From Myxococcota bacterium (GTDB taxonomy: Bacteria; Myxococcota_A; UBA9160; UBA4427), in the NCBI GenBank assembly GCA_029941885.1, contig JAPYTP010000002.1, forward strand, positions 845 to 64,844: a stretch of 64,000 nt of DNA, read 5' to 3'. A program made the translations under genes and the position numbers. Shown here piece by piece: positions 54,894 through 64,000 of the stretch (within the stretch, counting starts at the first letter, position 1; each line of letters opens with the position of its first letter). Below the pieces are notes generated by a model, which was not told the DNA's origin, made no database searches, and saw nothing but the letters and a program-made list of their open reading frames with translations.

Positions 54894-55976
54894 TCAGCTA
54901 CCGAAAGCGCCCTTGCGTTCGATGTAGGTCTGCTCGCGCAGCACGTCCAGCCACTTAGTGTACTCGACCTCGGTCTTCTGCTGGTAGATGTAGTTGCGCA
55001 GCTGGGCTTCGGCCTGCTCGAAGGTGATCGGCCGGAATTCACGACGATCGACGAGCTCGAGGAGGTTGCAGCCAAAGGGCATCGAGATTGGCCGGGAGAG
55101 CTGGCCAGGTTGCAGATCGTCGACGACACCGGACATCCAATCCGCGAGATCTTTGCGGTGGATCCAGCCGAGATCGCCGCCGCGCTCGGGATTCATGTCC
55201 GAAACACGCTGCGCCACCTCGGAAAAAGCCACGCCGTTGGCGACCTCGATGCGTGCCTGGCGAACGACCTCACAGGCGCCCGTCGAGGTGTTGGCTGAGC
55301 GGCCATCGGGCATGACGAGGATATGGCGTACGTAGACTTCGTGACCGCCGTCTCGTTGGTCACCGAAACGCTCGGCGTAGAGGGCGCGCACCTCTTCTGC
55401 CTCGATCTGGACGCGGGATCGCACCATCGCGTTCACAACCTTGCTGCGCTCGATCTCTCCGCGAATCTTGTCGCGGTATTCCTCGACGGTCAGACCGTGA
55501 GATGTCACGCTCGTCAGCAATTGTTCGAGGGTCAGGTTGTTGTCGGCGGCGATCGCATTGATCGCCGCGTCGACCTCGTCGCGGTCCGCTCCGAGTTCGA
55601 GGCGTTCGACGACCGAACTCAGCAATTTCGTCTCGATCAGCCGCTCGAGCGCGTCGCGGCGCATTGCCGCGATCTCGGCCGCAGGCGCGCCGGCCTGGCG
55701 CATGCGTGCCTCGATGGGGCGCGACAACTCGAGGACCTCGGAGGCGAGCACGATGTCGTTGCCGACCTGGGCTGCGATGCCCTCGGCGAGTCGCTCGACG
55801 GCAGGGACGGGAGCCGCGGGAAAGAGCACGATCGGAACGGCGATCGAGAGTGCCAGGAGGACGGCGAGCGCAGGGGTCCACGCGGGCTCGGGTGAGCACG
55901 CCGGAGGGATCTGCGGCGCGGCCGAATGGGTTTGGGTAGAGCGACGGCCCTTCATGTGGGTGGGCCGGTTGAGCAT
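54894..55976 (-). CDS. SurA-like periplasmic chaperone / parvulin-type peptidyl-prolyl isomerase
   Basis: ORF 54894..56477 trimmed to the ATG at 55976 (or 55955). TM/signal [17 protein letters not shown], a SurA_N-like region, then a PpiC domain ([14 protein letters not shown]). Confidence 0.8.
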   Translation of the reverse strand: MLNRPTHMKGRRSTQTHSAAPQIPPACSPEPAWTPALAVLLALSIAVPIVLFPAAPVPAVERLAEGIAAQVGNDIVLASEVLELSRPIEARMRQAGAPAAEIAAMRRDALERLIETKLLSSVVERLELGADRDEVDAAINAIAADNNLTLEQLLTSVTSHGLTVEEYRDKIRGEIERSKVVNAMVRSRVQIEAEEVRALYAERFGDQRDGGHEVYVRHILVMPDGRSANTSTGACEVVRQARIEVANGVAFSEVAQRVSDMNPERGGDLGWIHRKDLADWMSGVVDDLQPGQLSRPISMPFGCNLLELVDRREFRPITFEQAEAQLRNYIYQQKTEVEYTKWLDVLREQTYIERKGAFGS

Positions 55977-56084
55977 CGCCAAGAGTTGGACCTCCGGGGG
56001 GCGCGACCCGGGGCCGCAATCAGCCGGGCATGGTAGCGACGCTGGCCCTGCGCGTCTGGTTCCCGAGCGTCTGTGAGTCGTCAG

Positions 56085-56505
56085 CTTTCCGCCACAGGCG
56101 TGGCGGTGGGCGAAGCGATGGAGGAGAACGACCGCAAGCGCATCCTGGCCGAGGGCGACGCGGCTCTCGGAGAGACTCGTCGCGACCCGTTCGAGGGTCT
56201 CGCCGATCCCGAGGCCTTCCATGTGAACCGTCCGGGGCGAGCTTCGTGATGATTCGCCAGCCCTCGTTCGAGTGCACGCCGCGCAGGATCTGGCCGATCC
56301 GATCCTCGCTATCACGGTAGGCGCGGGCCGTATCGATCGATCGCACACCGGCGTTGCGTGCCTGCGCGAGCATCGCTTCGAGCTCGTCCGCATCGGGAGG
56401 CCCGGCGAGATTTGCGATGCCATAGGGCATGCCCCACTGTGCGCTGCCGAGAACGAGGCGCCGTGGATCGCGCGCACGCATTCCCTGCCAGGTCGAGAGA
56501 TCCAT
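56085..56505 (-). pseudogene. aldo/keto reductase remnant (frameshifted and 3'-truncated)
   Basis: The N-terminal ~90 aa (LVLGSAQWGMPYGIAN..VRSIDTARAYRDSEDRIG..IITKL) is in one frame. The next AKR block (ETLERVATSLSES..DALAVVLLH) is in another frame. Nothing AKR-like follows before the surA-like start. Confidence 0.6.
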
Positions 56506-56510
56506 CGCTA

Positions 56511-57337
56511 CTACGTGGTCCATCCTCCATCGACGATCAGATTCTGTCCCGTCACATAACTCGAGAGAGGAGAGAGCAAGAACGCGACCGGGCCCGCCAA
56601 TTCCGCGGGCCTTCCGATTCGACCAAGGGGCACCCGACGTTCGAGTTCCTCCACGAACTCGCGCTCGCGCTGTACCTGTTCGGTTGGGAAGGGGCCCGGG
56701 CTCATGCAGTTGACCCGGATGCCCTCCGGCCCGAGATGGCCCGCCGCTGTACGCGTGAACTGGATGACGCCTGCCTTGGCTGCGCCATAGGCCGGCGGGT
56801 TGTGAAATTGGGGGTGACGCCGATAGGTGTCGGGCTGAGGGGAAACGAGACCGTACATGGAGGCGATATTCACGATCGCGCCCGGATGACCCGGAGACGC
56901 GTTCTGCTGCCCTTTTCGCATCATCCGCTTCGCAGCCGCCTCGGTCGCGAGGATCACATCCGCGAGCGCCCCTGCGAGGGAGTCCTGGACCGCGGAGCGC
57001 TCGAGGGCCATGAACTGCGAACTCGGTCCGCCGGTGGCGTTATTGACCCAGCCTCGGACACGCCCCGCTTCCTTCTCGATCCGATCGAGCACACGTTCGA
57101 GATCTTCGTCGAGATGCTGGTCGGCGACCTCGACGAAGACCTCGCCCGGCAAGCATTCGGCGAGCAGAGCGGTCTGTTCCAGAGGTGCTTCTCGCCGGCC
57201 GAAGATCACGACCTGCGCGCGGGCGGCGGCGAGGCCGAGCGTGGTCGCGCGACCGAGGTGTGTCCCCCCCCGCTACTCACCCCGATGCCATGACCTGCGA
57301 GCGAGTCACCGGAAAGGATGGAGTCGTGGGCGTTCAT
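56511..57337 (-). pseudogene. SDR-family oxidoreductase interrupted by a frameshift in a C8/G8 homopolymer
   Basis: The ATG at 57337 (SD GGAGGA, ATGA overlap with the upstream stop) opens a 25-codon N-terminus ending in the G-run (57264-57271). The SDR body ([21 protein letters not shown]) continues in another frame. One extra G would fuse the two frames. Confidence 0.7.
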
Positions 57338-58146
57338 CCATCCTCCAGCTTCTTTTGCTCGATGTGTTGGTTCATCCCAGTGATCTCCGGGTGCACATCG
57401 AGATGGGCGACCATCGTCGGGTAGTCGATCGTCGTGGCCTCGGCACCGAACACGCGAAAAGCACTGCGCGCCATTGCGAGATCCTCGTAGGTGTCGACGG
57501 TCCAACGCCAGTCGGGGCGATCCGGCCAGGCGTGGGGCGTCGGGACCGGATGAACCTTTGCGTTCGAGTAGAGCCAGCTCGTCACGTGGACGCGGTGATG
57601 GCCTTCGGAAGGCGTGATCTCGCGACATGCGACTTCGAGCGCATCACGCCGCATGAGCTCGGCACCGTATCCGAGGGGGAGTCGCGGAGTGCAGACGGGG
57701 CCCGGCGCGCGTGGTCCGGTCGGCGCGGGCTCGGTTTCGATCGTAATCCCGCCGCGGAGATGGATCGCATCGGCCTGTTTGGCGGCTTCGCTCGCATCGC
57801 GAGCATCGAGCAGCAGCTGGATCACCGGCGCATCGAGAAAAGGATTGTCGGCGGTGATCCGGATGAGCCAGTCGGCCCGCGTCTCCTCACCGATCGCGAC
57901 GAAGCGCGAGAGCACGTCGGTCGGGTGGCCTCGAAAAACCCGAAGCCCAAGCTCGAAGCCCCAGGCCTCGGTGACGTCGTCGGAGGGATCGGAGCTCGTG
58001 GCGAGCCACCACTCGTCCACTCGGGTCGAGCGAATGCGCTCGGTCAAGAGCGCCAGCACCGGCCGGCCCGCGAGCGGGGCGAGGATCTTCCCGGGCAGCC
58101 TTTCGGAGCCCATTCGCACCTGGATGATGCCGATCGTGCCGCTCAA
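57334..58146 (-). CDS. SpsF-like cytidylyltransferase-fold protein (sugar-nucleotide/nonulosonate-type cluster enzyme)
   Basis: TTG start. GIIQVRMGSERLPGK, RITADNPF and RWTVDTYEDL align by eye with B. subtilis SpsF. Confidence 0.8.
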   Translation of the reverse strand: MSGTIGIIQVRMGSERLPGKILAPLAGRPVLALLTERIRSTRVDEWWLATSSDPSDDVTEAWGFELGLRVFRGHPTDVLSRFVAIGEETRADWLIRITADNPFLDAPVIQLLLDARDASEAAKQADAIHLRGGITIETEPAPTGPRAPGPVCTPRLPLGYGAELMRRDALEVACREITPSEGHHRVHVTSWLYSNAKVHPVPTPHAWPDRPDWRWTVDTYEDLAMARSAFRVFGAEATTIDYPTMVAHLDVHPEITGMNQHIEQKKLEDG

Positions 58147-58333
58147 AATCGCCCCGCCTGCCCGCTCCGGCCGTCAAGATCGGCGTCGATCCCGACTGGG
58201 GTTCGCCCCGGCGGAGTCCATGCCGTCCGAAACCGAAGATTCCGCTCCCATCTGATCGGCAGGCGAGCCGCAAAAGCTTCGCAGTTTTCCGGCAGGTGAG
58301 GATGAGATCGCTCGCAATCGCCAATTTATTATT

Positions 58334-58383
58334 GATTTATAAATCGTAAAGGAATCTCTCGATCGATCTGATCGGTCACCGAT
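58334..58383. promoter_or_regulatory. two palindromes in the AT-rich TetR upstream region (operator candidates)
   Basis: A perfect 12-bp palindrome GATTTATAAATC (58334-58345) and ATCGGT-C-ACCGAT (58371-58383). The half-site ATAAATC recurs at 58421-58427. Confidence 0.3.
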
Positions 58384-58430
58384 GAAATGATTCCGCTCGC
58401 CTGTCGATCGGTAGTGATGAATAAATCAGT

Positions 58431-58436
58431 TATAAT
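58431..58436 (+). promoter_or_regulatory. -10 box TATAAT placed for a leaderless TetR mRNA
   Basis: A perfect TATAAT ends 6 nt before the ATG at 58443, leaving no room for an SD. The -35 is poor (TCGGTA). Confidence 0.4.
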
Positions 58437-58442
58437 CAAAGC

Positions 58443-59021
58443 ATGCCCCGCCCGCGGATCGAGGATGCCGAGGATCGCCTGCTCTCCGCGGGACTGAATC
58501 TCTTTGCTCGATTGGGTACCGAGCGCGTCAACTCGAATGCGATCGCTCGCCGGGCTCGGCTCGGAATCGGCACCTTCTATTCCCACTTCGCCGACAAGCA
58601 CGCCCTGTTGCGGGAGATCCAGATGCGAACCCTGGCAGGGATTCGAGGAGCGCGGCTGGACGCTCTCGCGACCGCGTCCGACGAACCCCTCGAACAGGTT
58701 CGCGCCTCGGCGGAAGCGGTCTTGCGCTTCGCGCGCTCCCATCCCGAAGCCTATCGGGTGACCTTCGGCCGCGAACGCGCGGGAGCGAGCACGCACGGGC
58801 CGGTGGTTTCGGAATCGAGCCGCCCAATCGAGAAGGCCCTTCGCAGACTCCAGGCGGCCGGGCGGATCGACACCTCGCTGGATCCGGAACTCGCTGCCCG
58901 GGCCTATCTGTCGATGGAGGTCGGGACCCTTCTCTGGTGGCTCGAAGATCCGGGTCGCGCGGAGATGTCGGCCCTCGTCGATACCCTCGCGCGTATGCAT
59001 CCGGCGCTGACCCGTGCCTGA
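58443..59021 (+). CDS. TetR/AcrR family transcriptional regulator
   Basis: N-terminal HTH LLSAGLNLFARLGTERVNSNAIARRARLGIGTFYSHFADKHALL. Confidence 0.9.
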   Translation: MPRPRIEDAEDRLLSAGLNLFARLGTERVNSNAIARRARLGIGTFYSHFADKHALLREIQMRTLAGIRGARLDALATASDEPLEQVRASAEAVLRFARSHPEAYRVTFGRERAGASTHGPVVSESSRPIEKALRRLQAAGRIDTSLDPELAARAYLSMEVGTLLWWLEDPGRAEMSALVDTLARMHPALTRA

Positions 59022-59042
59022 CACCCGGGCCGGAGCAGGCCG

Positions 59043-61472
59043 CTAGGCGGGTTCCCCCCGATCGAAGATCGCGAGCAGTGCCGGGGCGAGCAAGACGTCT
59101 GCGAAGAAGGCCGAAAGTGTTGCGAAGGCGACGAGAATGCCGAGGTTGTTCAGGTTCACCATCGAAGACATGACAAACCCGAGAAATCCCACCGACAACA
59201 CGATCGTAGTGATGAGCATCGCACGCCCAGCCGACAGCAGGGTCGCCTCGACCGCATCCTCGAGACCAAGGCCGTGGCTGCGATAGCGCCGGTAGTTGTG
59301 CATGAAATGGATCGTGTCGTCGACGGCGAGGCCGAGCGCGATGCCGCCGATCATGAGTGAGAAGAGGTCGAGCGGAAACCCCGCGATGCCCATCAATCCG
59401 AGCGTCAACAGGATCGGCATCATGTTGGGAATCATCGCGAGGAGTCCCAAGCGAAGGTTTCCGAGCAAGAGGATCATGATGGGTGTGATGATGGCGAAGG
59501 CGAGCACGTAGGACTGCGCGATGCTCGTAACGACTGCGCTGATCGTTCGGACCAGTAGTGACAGGATTCCGGTGACCACGGGGCGGCCGACGTTCCCGAG
59601 TGCCGCCTCGGCATCGGCGGTCGCGAGATCGAAGAACTCCGTGTAGTGAACTGCGTCGCGCCAGGGCATGCGAACCGTCATGCGGGCAACTTCGAATTGT
59701 GAATCGGTCAGATCCTCGAGATCGTCCGTCCCGGTATTCTCGAAGAGCAACAATTCCTGGGCGACCAACAGCGGATCGCCGGGAATCACGTAGGCCTCGG
59801 CCCGATCCTCGTTCAGTGCGCGATTGATCTCCTTCACGACGTCGGCGAGGGAGACCGTCTGGCCCGCAGAGACCCCGTCTCGCTCTTCTTCCTCGAAACT
59901 TCGACCCAGGGCGTCGAGGCGTTCCAAGGTTGCGGGTTGGCGAATGCCGCCCGGGACTTCGCTTTCGAGCAGCACCTCGAAGGAAATCGAGCCACCGAGA
60001 TGTTGATCCAGAAAACGGGTATCTCGCACGATCCGCGACTCTTCGTCCATCCACGAGAGCGGGTCATGGGAGAGTTCCATCTGCGCGGCGGCGAAGCCCG
60101 CAGCCAGGGCAAGGATGGCACTGATCGAGATGACTAGCGCGGGCCGCCGCGTCGCGAAACGACCAAAGCTCGCCAGCAGCCGGTCGATGGCGTTCTCTTC
60201 GCTTGCGACCAGGCGACCGCGGGGCGAGCCGATGGGGGCGAGCACGAGGAGCGCCGGAAGCATCGAGAGACTCAGGAACAGGGCGATCATGACTCCGGCT
60301 GGTGCGAACCGACCGAGCATGGCGATGGGCTCGATGGCGGAACTCGAGAAGGATAAGAGTCCCGCCGCGGTCGTCACGCTTGTCAACACGATCGCGAGGC
60401 CCGAGTGGCCGAGCGCAAAGCAGAGCGCATCCGAGCGGGAATCTCCGATTCGAATTCGTTCGAAGAAGATGGAGAGGAGATGGACCGCATCCCCGACTCC
60501 AACTGCCAGCAGGAAAGAGGGAAGGATCTGGGTCGTCACGTGGATTGGCACGCCGCTCCAGCCCATCAGGCCCACGGTGGAAGCCACGCTCAACGCCACG
60601 ACGACGAGAGGGATGAGGACCGCGACAATTCGGCGAAAAAGCAGGAAGAGGAGTCCCGCGATCGACACGATTGCGAGTCCAACAAAGCGTGGCATGTCGT
60701 GTGCCATCGAACCCGCAATCGTCTGGAGCATGACCGGCGATCCGGCGGCGTGGATGACGAAGCCTGGCCGCTCGAACTCGCTGATCACCTCTCGCAGACT
60801 CGCGACTACGTCGGCGGTTTCCGAGCCGGTGAGGAGCGGTGGCGTCGAGTCAGCTGCCATGGAGTTCGAGGTGTCCTCGAAACCGGAGAGCGTGTCCTCT
60901 TCGCCGCCGAGAGGCGAATACAGCTCGAGCTCGAGAACGAGCGTGGTGAATCGCCCGTCCGTCGACAATACGTTGTTGCGAAAGAGCGGATTCGCCAGCG
61001 CGCGAGTGCGGAGAAGGGCGAGTTCTTCGACGCCGGTAGGCCAGGGGTCGAGGAAATCTTCGACGAGCAGGGTATCCAGCTCGCCCCGCGTATCGCGTGC
61101 GTTGACGAGGCTCGTTATTTCGACGAGATGCGGCACGCGTTCTTCGACCGCGTCGTGGAATTCTCGCAAGCGCTCGAGGAAGGCGAGATCGAAGACTCCT
61201 TCCGGCCCGACGCCGTCCCCCCGTCCGATTGCGACGCTGATCCGCTCATCCCGTCCGAACCGCTCGCGCAACGCTTCGTAGTTCACCCGGACCATGTCGT
61301 TCTGGCCGAGGAACGCTTCGAAGGTCACATCGACGTAGACCCGAGTCAGCCCCGCGATGCAGCTGATCGCGATCATCAGGCTCGCAAGGAGAACCGCGAC
61401 GGGTCGGGCGATGACGACTCGACCCCATCTCTCGAAGCCCTGTTCGATGCGATCTCGAATCGTATTGGCCAT
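59043..61472 (-). CDS. RND-superfamily exporter of the MMPL/HpnN-like (COG1033) type
   Basis: 809 aa with two 6-TM bundles, each preceded by a large soluble loop. N-terminus ...FERWGRVVIARPVAVLLASL. Confidence 0.85.
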   Translation of the reverse strand: MANTIRDRIEQGFERWGRVVIARPVAVLLASLMIAISCIAGLTRVYVDVTFEAFLGQNDMVRVNYEALRERFGRDERISVAIGRGDGVGPEGVFDLAFLERLREFHDAVEERVPHLVEITSLVNARDTRGELDTLLVEDFLDPWPTGVEELALLRTRALANPLFRNNVLSTDGRFTTLVLELELYSPLGGEEDTLSGFEDTSNSMAADSTPPLLTGSETADVVASLREVISEFERPGFVIHAAGSPVMLQTIAGSMAHDMPRFVGLAIVSIAGLLFLLFRRIVAVLIPLVVVALSVASTVGLMGWSGVPIHVTTQILPSFLLAVGVGDAVHLLSIFFERIRIGDSRSDALCFALGHSGLAIVLTSVTTAAGLLSFSSSAIEPIAMLGRFAPAGVMIALFLSLSMLPALLVLAPIGSPRGRLVASEENAIDRLLASFGRFATRRPALVISISAILALAAGFAAAQMELSHDPLSWMDEESRIVRDTRFLDQHLGGSISFEVLLESEVPGGIRQPATLERLDALGRSFEEEERDGVSAGQTVSLADVVKEINRALNEDRAEAYVIPGDPLLVAQELLLFENTGTDDLEDLTDSQFEVARMTVRMPWRDAVHYTEFFDLATADAEAALGNVGRPVVTGILSLLVRTISAVVTSIAQSYVLAFAIITPIMILLLGNLRLGLLAMIPNMMPILLTLGLMGIAGFPLDLFSLMIGGIALGLAVDDTIHFMHNYRRYRSHGLGLEDAVEATLLSAGRAMLITTIVLSVGFLGFVMSSMVNLNNLGILVAFATLSAFFADVLLAPALLAIFDRGEPA

Positions 61473-61569
61473 TCGGAGAGACTAGCGAGGACAGAATCCG
61501 TGTGGACTCGAAGAAAGCGAACACAGCGACTCGCTGCGGGGACGAGACCCTGACCGAAGGCGCTTCGCG

Positions 61570-64000
61570 TCAGCCCCCTGATAGTTGGGCGAGCAGCGTT
61601 CGGATCGCGTCGAACAAAGCGGGTGCGCCGCCCTCCGGTCCTGGCGCCTTGGCAATCAGACGCTGGTCCGGGGTTACGCGAATGCCGGCGCGGGCGTGGG
61701 TGAGCAGCTGGACGAGGCGGTCGGCGTCGATCCTGCTCTGGTTGGCGACCTGCAACACCAGCTCGCCGCGCTGGGTCTCTATCCGCAAGATGCCGAGTCG
61801 CCGCGCGAGGATCTTGAGCCGAATGACCTCGAGAAGGTTCTCGGCCTCGCTCGGCAGGCGCCCGAAGCGATCGAGGAGTTCGTCGCGGATCAAGGCGACT
61901 TCGTTTTCGTCGCGCGCACTCGAGAGCCGCTTGTAGAGGACGAGTCGCTGACTCACATCGGCGACATACGCCTCGGGCAGACGACCGACGACGGGCAATT
62001 TGATCTCGGGGTCGATCCACTCCTCGTGGACATGACCACGCAGTTCTTCCATCGTCTCGTCGAGCATCTCCATGTACGTCTCGTACCCGACGGAGCGAAG
62101 ATTGCCCGACTGTTCCGAGCCGAGCAGATCGCCCGCGCCGCGAATCTCGAGATCGAGATTTGCCAGCCGGAAACCCGCACCGAGTTCGCTCAGGTCCTGG
62201 ATCGCTTCGAGTCGTTTCTGGGCGTCGCTGGAGAGCGAGCCGACCTGGGTCGGGACGAGTAGATAGGCGTAGGCACGGCGCTTGCTTCGGCCGACGCGGC
62301 CTCGCAACTGGTAGAGCTGCGCCAGTCCAAGCGCGTCGGCACGGTTCACGAGGATCGTGTTCACGTTCGGCATGTCGATGCCGCTCTCGATGATCGTCGT
62401 GCAGAGCAGCAGGTCCGCTTCCATGCGCAGGAAGGCGTGGATGCGGTTCTCGAGTTGCCGCTCCTTCATCTGGCCATGGGCGACCATGATGCGGACTTCG
62501 GGCACGATCCGCTCGAGCATCTCCTGCATCGCGTCGATCGTGCGGACGCGATTGTGGAGGAAGAAGACCTGACCCCCGCGGCGCACCTCGCGCAGGATCG
62601 CTTCGCGGATCAAACCCTCGTCGAATCTGCAGACCTGGGTTCGGATCGCGAGGCGATCGATCGGAGGCGTCTCGATGACCGAGAGATCGCGGATACCCGT
62701 GAATGCCATCTGTAGCGTTCGTGGGATGGGTGTCGCGGTGAGGGTGAGGACGTCAACGGTCTTCTTGAGCTTCTTGATGCGCTCCTTGTGTGCGACGCCG
62801 AAGCGCTGCTCCTCGTCGACAACGAGCAGACCGAGATCTCTGAACTGGATGTTCTTCTGGAGGACTCGGTGGGTGGCGATGACGATGTCGACCTGGCCCG
62901 TGGCGAGACCTTCGAGAGTGGCCTTGCTCTCCTTGGGCGTGCAGAAACGAGAGAGCATGTCGAGGCGGATCGCGTGGCCCTCGAAGCGATCCTTGAAATT
63001 CTCGTAGTGCTGTTGGCAGAGGACGGTCGTCGGTGTGAGGATCACCACCTGTTTCCCGTCCAGGGCTGCGCGCAGGGCGGCTCGAATCGCGACCTCCGTC
63101 TTGCCGTAGCCGACGTCCCCGCAGACGAGCCGATCCATGGGCTTGCCCTGCTGCATATCTCCCAACACATCGTCGATCGCCGCCATCTGGTCGGGCGTCT
63201 CTTCGTAGGCGAAGGCGGCCTCGAATTCCTCCATCGCCACATCGCGACCCTCGAACGCGAAGCCCGGTGCCAACTCCCGTGCGGCATGGAGCGCGAGCAG
63301 CTCGCCCGCCATGTTGCGTAGACTGGATTTGACCCTGCCCTTGATCTTTTCCCAGGTCTCCCCGCCGAGCTTGTCGATGCGTGGCTTGACGCCGTCGGCG
63401 GCTCCATAGCGTTGGACTCGCGAAAGGCGGTCGACGGGGAGGAAGAGTTTGTCGCCACCGAGATATTCGATCGCGAGCAGTTCACTCGACGTTCCTCCCG
63501 CCGCGAGTTCCATCAAGCCGCGGTAGATGCCAATCCCGTGATCGTGATGGACGAGGAAATCGCCGGGGGCGAGCTGGGCGATCCCGTCGAGTCGTTGGCC
63601 CTCGCGCCAGCCCGCTGGCGAGCGGCGGCGCTCGCGGATTCCGAAGATCTCCTCGTCGGTGACGACGGCGAGCGCCTGCTCCTCCCAAGCGAATCCCTCG
63701 GAGATCTCGATGACGCGAAATTCGAGGCGCCCCGGGAGCGACCAATGCCAGACCGGTCGTGGGTCCGTGGCGACCTGACCGTCGAGATCGTATTCGTGGA
63801 GCAGTGATTTCAAGCGCTCCGCGCTCGAGAGCGAACTGCACGCAAGGACGACGCGCCAGCGATTGCGGAGCCATTCTTTACAGCGGTCGACCAGGGGTGC
63901 GAGCGCGTGGTCGTGGCTGCGGGTGGCTGCGAGTTCGCGGCGGAGCGCCTCCTGGGTCTCTGTCTCGACGACGTGACGGCCAACCTCAGCGCGGGCGTCG
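61570..64000 (-). CDS. mfd: transcription-repair coupling factor Mfd (5' end outside window)
   Basis: CarD-like region, DEAD/DEAH helicase motifs (GDVGYGKTEVA, DEEQRFG) and a TRCF C-terminus. The reading frame stays open upstream of 63813 to the window edge. Confidence 0.95.
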   Translation of the reverse strand, partial: DARAEVGRHVVETETQEALRRELAATRSHDHALAPLVDRCKEWLRNRWRVVLACSSLSSAERLKSLLHEYDLDGQVATDPRPVWHWSLPGRLEFRVIEISEGFAWEEQALAVVTDEEIFGIRERRRSPAGWREGQRLDGIAQLAPGDFLVHHDHGIGIYRGLMELAAGGTSSELLAIEYLGGDKLFLPVDRLSRVQRYGAADGVKPRIDKLGGETWEKIKGRVKSSLRNMAGELLALHAARELAPGFAFEGRDVAMEEFEAAFAYEETPDQMAAIDDVLGDMQQGKPMDRLVCGDVGYGKTEVAIRAALRAALDGKQVVILTPTTVLCQQHYENFKDRFEGHAIRLDMLSRFCTPKESKATLEGLATGQVDIVIATHRVLQKNIQFRDLGLLVVDEEQRFGVAHKERIKKLKKTVDVLTLTATPIPRTLQMAFTGIRDLSVIETPPIDRLAIRTQVCRFDEGLIREAILREVRRGGQVFFLHNRVRTIDAMQEMLERIVPEVRIMVAHGQMKERQLENRIHAFLRMEADLLLCTTIIESGIDMPNVNTILVNRADALGLAQLYQLRGRVGRSKRRAYAYLLVPTQVGSLSSDAQKRLEAIQDLSELGAGFRLANLDLEIRGAGDLLGSEQSGNLRSVGYETYMEMLDETMEELRGHVHEEWIDPEIKLPVVGRLPEAYVADVSQRLVLYKRLSSARDENEVALIRDELLDRFGRLPSEAENLLEVIRLKILARRLGILRIETQRGELVLQVANQSRIDADRLVQLLTHARAGIRVTPDQRLIAKAPGPEGGAPALFDAIRTLLAQLSGG

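Noticed and set aside
58528-60054. 508-aa minus-strand ORF overlapping the TetR gene and the RND exporter gene.
   Set aside because: It runs in a different frame from the 809-aa RND ORF, which has clear TM architecture. Its translation is Arg/Pro/Gly-rich without motifs.

Overview
Clearly GC-rich bacterial chromosome segment (GC not computed) that looks origin-proximal and is mostly core genome. All calls come from reading motifs by eye; no BLAST, HMM or folding was run. On the minus strand, rsmG-parA-parB-bactofilin and jag-yidC-yidD-rnpA-rpmH diverge from dnaN-gyrB-gyrA-hemL on the plus strand. Neither dnaA nor recF is in the window. The two halves of a split F1Fo ATP synthase flank this locus: b'-b-delta-alpha-gamma-beta-epsilon at 25-31 kb and atpZ/atpI-a-c at 47.5-49.7 kb. 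Other content: enolase, a Fec/Btu-type ABC importer, comEA, a polyprenyl synthase, radA, a bioBFD operon with a likely BirA operator, two cytochromes, an LplA-like ligase, tmk, uvrA, a SurA-like PPIase, a TetR plus RND/MMPL pair, mfd (5' end outside the window) and one tRNA-Ala(CGC). I found no integrase, transposase, CRISPR array, toxin-antitoxin pair or recognisable defence gene, and I cannot point to a clear-cut novel system. The best leads are: (1) a tightly coupled operon of two tandem dodecins, two GT-A-type nucleotidyltransferase-like proteins and a YgfZ-type protein; (2) an oriC-like rpmH|dnaN gap without dnaA; (3) a bactofilin translationally coupled to parB, with a pair of parS-like sites nearby; (4) a bio operon extended by a YhhQ/DUF165 transporter and an alpha/beta hydrolase; (5) a diheme-type cytochrome whose first site reads CTCH; (6) a decaying sugar-nucleotide operon with a C8 homopolymer frameshift; (7) an intergenic (TCG)11 microsatellite. 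Gene-family consensus motifs are quoted from memory.
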